From contig JAIOSV010000089.1 of NCBI GenBank assembly GCA_021107435.1, positions 111,347 to 175,346 on the forward strand: a stretch of DNA of 64,000 nt, in the 5' to 3' direction. Positions 59,648 to 64,000 of the stretch are shown here, piece by piece. Both the position numbers and the translations under genes were made by a program. Position 1 is the first letter of the stretch, and every line of letters starts with the position of its first letter. The notes under the pieces are model-generated. The model was given only the letters and a program-made list of their open reading frames with translations. It did no database searches and was not told the origin of the DNA. This DNA comes from Candidatus Sabulitectum sp. GTDB taxonomy: Bacteria > Fermentibacterota > Fermentibacteria > Fermentibacterales > JCC-6.

Positions 59648-59686
59648 TGTTAAGAGAGTATTTGGGAAATGTTAAGGAATTGTTAA
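59648..59686 (-). promoter_or_regulatory. Pho-box-like direct repeats
   Basis: Minus strand TTAACA at 59686, 59675 and 59653, on an 11-bp period with one degenerate unit, upstream of the porin-pst operon. Confidence 0.75.
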
Positions 59687-59778
59687 GCCGGAATATGGAA
59701 CTTGACTCAATTGAGCATGCACGTATATTAGTCTAGTCTAACTTTATCGTTCCTGCTCCAGCGGAAAGTACACCACAA

Positions 59779-60423
59779 ATGAAAGAAAGGTTAAACCCTG
59801 TGAAAAACAACTTCTGGCGAACATTTCTGCTTACTCTCGCCTTCTTTGGTGGATTGTACATGCTCCTTGTTTTTTCAGAGCGGATTTCTTACGATCTTTA
59901 CGACATAGTAGGATGGGGCACCGGCCTGATCTCCGTTGCCGCACTGATGCTGACCAGCAGGAAAGGGTGGAGCCGGTTTACAGCCAACATGCAGGGAATA
60001 GTTTCCGGTCTTTTCCTCTGGGGCTTCATCGGCGAATTCATGGAGGTAAAATACGGTCTGGTAGTTGCGGCATCCTCCTTCCTGCCGATACTGGCAGTGT
60101 TTGTAATCCTCTTCGTCGTGGTCCGTCGCGGAAAGCAGCTTGCGATACCCACAGCTTTTGCAGCCGGACATTTCCTGGGTATCTGGGGGCTTCACATGTG
60201 GATGATCTACCAGTTCGAGCACCTCAGCAGAACTCACTGGAGTACATACCTCTCAGCTGCTGTCGCGCTTCTTTTCGGCACAGCAGCCGTGATTCTCGGC
60301 AAAAAAAGCGAGAAGCTTAACAGGAAGATGGCACTTGCGCTGACAGCACTTCTGCTTCTCTGGACCGTTCTGGAGTATGTGTGGGGCTGGAGACTGATAC
60401 CCGGGCCCTACTCCATGGGTTAG
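59779..60423 (+). CDS. Hypothetical multi-TM membrane protein
   Basis: About 7 hydrophobic segments. Confidence 0.7.
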   Translation: MKERLNPVKNNFWRTFLLTLAFFGGLYMLLVFSERISYDLYDIVGWGTGLISVAALMLTSRKGWSRFTANMQGIVSGLFLWGFIGEFMEVKYGLVVAASSFLPILAVFVILFVVVRRGKQLAIPTAFAAGHFLGIWGLHMWMIYQFEHLSRTHWSTYLSAAVALLFGTAAVILGKKSEKLNRKMALALTALLLLWTVLEYVWGWRLIPGPYSMG

Positions 60424-60487
60424 AATTCCTCCAAACCTGCCTGGATGACAGTGACTGCAAGACGTCCGGGCAGGCGAGGAGGAAGTC

Positions 60488-60760
60488 CTCAACAGGACTT
60501 CTGCGCTTTCAAACAGGCGGCTTTCGTAACCTTCCCCATCAGTATTGATTCACGCACTTGAAAACCGGCGGATTCTATCAGAGCAATCAATTCCCCTGCT
60601 CCAGGATTCCGGCTGTTTTGGGGACGGCAATCCCTACACTCTCAGGTAGCAAATCAGCATATTCAGCTTTGCTGGAAAATGAGGAACGGCCTTTCATGGA
60701 GGAGGCGGATTTCTCTTCAGTTAGAGCTTCCTGAATAACAGCTTTGTCTTCAGGCATATC
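60488..60760 (-). pseudogene. Degraded gene remnant, possibly a methyltransferase C terminus
   Basis: Broken frames; one reads ELIALIESAGFQVRESILMGKVTKAACLKAQK. Confidence 0.25.
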
Positions 60761-60837
60761 CTTAGTTGAATAGTTTACCGTAACATCCGCCAGTTATGCT
60801 ATTCCTGGATCAGCCATTTCCCCTTTCCCGTATCGCT

Positions 60838-62286
60838 TTAGGATCTCTTTATCTCCATATCAATATCATTTAGCTGTTTTTCAGTGGTTTTCAGGCTTTC
60901 CCGGAGAAGTGCCAGAACCTGATCCTTTGATTTTCTGCTTCTCTCTGGATCATTCTCTATGGAGTTGAATATGTCTCTGGTGTTCTCGATGTCTGAAATA
61001 TGACTTTCCTTCAAGCTGAGAAGGTACATTCTGTTTGACTTTCTGCGGTCACGCAAGCGGTGGTTCTTTCTTATAAACATGTAGATCACGGGCATAAGAC
61101 ATAGAACCAGTGCAGCTGTTATTTTCGTCATTACAGATATGCCGGGAGCCAGTATTGCACCCAGCAGCGGAATGGACATTGCTAGAAAGGAAAGAAGCAT
61201 TATCCTTTCATTGCCCTTTTCTGTTTCCTTCTGAAGGATATGCTCGTCATGTGCTTTTCCGGGAGTGGTCAAGTTTTCAAGGGAGTATTTTATGTGGTCC
61301 ATATTCTTCAGAAGATTTTCTCGGTTTTCATGGTAGCCTTTCCTGTGCTTATCTATATAATTCTCCTCAAGCTCCGGGGATGAGATCTCATCTATCTGAT
61401 GCAGCATGCTTACGGTTGCTGCATAGAAGTCGAGATAATTCAGATCCCACACTTCAAGTTTATTTCTCAACTTATTCCAGTAGATTCTGTTCTTCTCGTT
61501 CAGATTCCTTTTAATGTATTTTGCTTGAGACCTTACTTTATCCAACCATTTGATAAGCATCTCATTGTAGAATTTGAAAAATGCCTTCCTGTATATATGC
61601 TGTCTTAAATAATGCAGAAATTCTTCTTCACACCCATAGCAGTAGTATGAATTTCCTCTCTTTATTACTTCTCCTTTAATCACAATTTCCTGTTTGATCC
61701 CGGAGTCGTCAGGAATACCTTCCTTCATCCCGATTATTACTGAACATTTCTCCACATGTCCCTGAACCAACAGGAATGTTTCATCCCCAAGAAAATAGGT
61801 GGTCAGCATAACCAGCTGCTTCACAGTTTTGTGAATATTCATCTGAGCGTTATCATCAAGGATATTTATATCAGACATTCTGAGAGTAATGGAAGCAAAC
61901 TGCATTGCTTTGAAGAAGAAACTCCAACTGTACTGCATGAGGGGATCCTCATGTCTTTCACCATTTACTACAAACACAAGTTTTTCCGAAACGAAATTGC
62001 TGGATTTGAAACGCACCGGAATGCTTTCTGCTTCAAAGCACACCTCGAAGATGATAATGCCCGTGGGGAACAGGAAGACATTCAGCTGAAAATCGATTTC
62101 TGAACCATGTTCGTCCGGTAAGATCTTTCCCCGTGATAGTCCCGAAAGGAGGATCCCTTCGATCCTCTTGTTAAGCTTAACACTTTCTGTTCTTACCTCG
62201 GGGTCTGCCTCCTGGATCTTTCTGGTCAGTTTAGATACTTCGATCTCACCGGAGATAGAAATTGTGAAATATCGGTTGATTCTCAT
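60838..62286 (-). CDS. Hypothetical protein: soluble alpha/beta and helical domain, 2 TM, C-terminal coiled coil (CorA-like topology)
   Basis: GGGAGG RBS; NERIMLLSFLAMSIPLLGAIL and ITAALVLCLMPVIYMFI; AT-rich. Confidence 0.65.
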   Translation of the reverse strand: MRINRYFTISISGEIEVSKLTRKIQEADPEVRTESVKLNKRIEGILLSGLSRGKILPDEHGSEIDFQLNVFLFPTGIIIFEVCFEAESIPVRFKSSNFVSEKLVFVVNGERHEDPLMQYSWSFFFKAMQFASITLRMSDINILDDNAQMNIHKTVKQLVMLTTYFLGDETFLLVQGHVEKCSVIIGMKEGIPDDSGIKQEIVIKGEVIKRGNSYYCYGCEEEFLHYLRQHIYRKAFFKFYNEMLIKWLDKVRSQAKYIKRNLNEKNRIYWNKLRNKLEVWDLNYLDFYAATVSMLHQIDEISSPELEENYIDKHRKGYHENRENLLKNMDHIKYSLENLTTPGKAHDEHILQKETEKGNERIMLLSFLAMSIPLLGAILAPGISVMTKITAALVLCLMPVIYMFIRKNHRLRDRRKSNRMYLLSLKESHISDIENTRDIFNSIENDPERSRKSKDQVLALLRESLKTTEKQLNDIDMEIKRS

Positions 62287-62532
62287 TAATTCCTCCCATT
62301 GCCGGGACTTATTATAAGGACAGTTGATTTCTCATCATATCAGATTCAACTCCTGATATCTTTTCTGTTTACTTTCTCTCAGTTTCTTCATCTGAAGCCA
62401 AGGATACCATCAGAAATATTCCCGGTCAACGTGATGGTCAACTGATATTCATACTAAACCCTGCATAAGGGCACACCGCCCCCTTCGATACCGAATCGCT
62501 GAAAACTCCTACAGCCTCGATCCCGGAAAACC

Positions 62533-62679
62533 AGCATTGCCACCCTCCTCTTCGGCAGGAAAAGCGAGAAACTGAACAGAAAAATGGCACTTGCAGTGAC
62601 CGCCCTTCTACTCCTCTGGACCGTTCTGGAGTATGTGTGGGGCTGGAGACTGATACCCGGGCCCTACTCCATGGGTTAG
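62533..62679 (+). pseudogene. Duplicated 3' end of the 59779-60423 membrane protein gene
   Basis: 62614-62679 is identical to 60358-60423 (66 bp); the preceding ~65 bp differ mostly at synonymous positions. Confidence 0.88.
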
Positions 62680-62699
62680 GAACTCTATTCCAGAAAATT

Positions 62700-62945
62700 T
62701 GCGATATTAACCAGCAAGCCTTTTGAAAATCTTGAAATAGATCGAAAATGGGTTTCCTGTTTTGTGGAATGGTGCAACGATGTTCATAGTCAAGTGCTAA
62801 ATGGTGAATAGAAGGATCTCCTGGAGAATAGAATCAAGGTTCATAAAGCTGCAAGGGCAAGAAACCTGAACTCTGGTCCCAAAAAAACAAGGAATTGGAA
62901 GCCAGTGATAGAAGTCTGGCTGAATCCTCCCCAGGAACACATAGT
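62700..62945 (+). mobile_element. Degenerate IS3-family transposase C-terminal remnant
   Basis: SKPFENLEIDRKWVSCFVEWCNDVH...LLENRIKVHKAARARN...TRNWKPVIEVWLNP, with an internal stop and deletion. Confidence 0.7.
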
Positions 62946-63037
62946 AAGCAATAATATTGATAGAAAAGGAGCTTTTAATCTCAGCATTAAATCAAAATAG
63001 CGGCGCATTATACCGACACTTATTGCCTGACAGGGTA

Positions 63038-64000
63038 CTAGTAACCAATCACCAAAACTTTATTGTCATACCAGCTTGCCACATACACATACTCCCCGGA
63101 GGGTAGTGAGCAGATATCCATGTTACGATTTCCTATTCCGATTGAATCAACTATCGTATTGTCCGACGTACGAATGACTGAAATGCTACCATAAATGCGT
63201 GATACATATACAAACTCCCCGGAGGGTAGTGAGCAGATGCCCGAGGGCCAGGTAACTTCGGAGCCCATATCGATTGATGCTTCTACTGTGTTATCCGATG
63301 TACGAATGACGACGATCTTCTCATTGTAAATACAATCACTTATAACATAAACATATTCTCCAGAGGGCAATGAACAGATTCTGTCGATCTCTCCTTCTAT
63401 ATCGAGTGAAGCGAAGATTGTATTATCCGATGTTCTAATAACAGAGAGATTATCAGAATCAAAACCAGTAGTAACATATACATACTCCCCGGAGGGTAGA
63501 GAGCAGATGCCATGTGTATCTTTACCCACATCGACTGTGGCCACAACAACATTATCTGATGTACGAATAACTGAAACAGCATCTTTTTCTGCTACATACA
63601 CATACTCCCCAGAGGGAAGAGAGCAGATGAAACCCGGGGATTCTCCTACATCGATTGTGGCAACTACTGTGTTACTCGATGTTCTTATAACAGAGACATT
63701 GTTGCTGCTTGGATTTGTGACATACAAATACTCCCCCGAGGGAAGTACGCAGATTGCACTCGGGCTATATCCTGAATTCACTGTAGCTACTACCGTGTTA
63801 TCCGACGTACGAATGACCAGAACAATGCCACCACTACCACTTGTAACGTAGACATACTCTCCAGAGGGAAGAGCACAAAGCTTATTGGGGCTGCAACTGA
63901 GATTAATTGTCGCAATCAGAGAATCAGGGAATTGTTTTTGCTCTGAGATCGCAAACTCATCACTCCAGCCGGTATTGCTACTGGTATCTTCTATTCTAAT
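63038..64000 (-). CDS. YVTN/YncE 7-bladed beta-propeller protein (5' part lies outside the window)
   Basis: Frame open to the window edge; seven copies of IC.LPSGEYVYV....V.VIRTSDNT.VA.I; preceded by IRIEDTSSNTGWSDEFAI. Confidence 0.88.
   Translation of the reverse strand: MRIEDTSSNTGWSDEFAISEQKQFPDSLIATINLSCSPNKLCALPSGEYVYVTSGSGGIVLVIRTSDNTVVATVNSGYSPSAICVLPSGEYLYVTNPSSNNVSVIRTSSNTVVATIDVGESPGFICSLPSGEYVYVAEKDAVSVIRTSDNVVVATVDVGKDTHGICSLPSGEYVYVTTGFDSDNLSVIRTSDNTIFASLDIEGEIDRICSLPSGEYVYVISDCIYNEKIVVIRTSDNTVEASIDMGSEVTWPSGICSLPSGEFVYVSRIYGSISVIRTSDNTIVDSIGIGNRNMDICSLPSGEYVYVASWYDNKVLVIGY

Noticed and set aside
63038..64000. Nucleotide repeats with ~125-bp period as a non-coding array
   Set aside because: They are the in-frame YVTN blades of the beta-propeller protein.

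Overview
Bacterial chromosomal window, probably from an FCB-group lineage such as Candidatus Fermentibacteria/Aegiribacteria. That assignment is inferred from T9SS/FlgD-like C-terminal domains and general gene content, and was not tested. Positions 4.2-19.0 kb hold the core cluster tRNA-Thr/Tyr/Gly/Thr-tuf-rpmG-tRNA-Trp-secE-nusG-rplKAJL-rpoBC-rpsLG on the minus strand; it stops at a terminator with no fusA. Positions 19-49 kb hold an ABC exporter, secreted beta-propeller and TPR proteins, uppP, aspartate kinase, four GT4 glycosyltransferases, a CCA-adding enzyme and other housekeeping genes. Positions 53.7-59.7 kb hold arsC and a porin-pstSCAB-phoU operon with a Pho-box-like repeat. Two features stand out. 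(1) At 49.9-53.7 kb, three toxin-antitoxin-like modules (structured RNA + DUF3800 gene, Xre-HipA, VapBC) are each bounded by a conserved 28-bp direct repeat. The repeat has an 11-6-11 dif-like layout and also resembles a tRNA 3' end, suggesting an integron-like cassette array; no integrase is present in the window. (2) RpoC carries a ~205-aa insertion inside its trigger-loop SBHM insert that looks like a catalytically dead STAND/AAA_16 P-loop domain. All family calls come from motif recognition by eye; no database searches were run.
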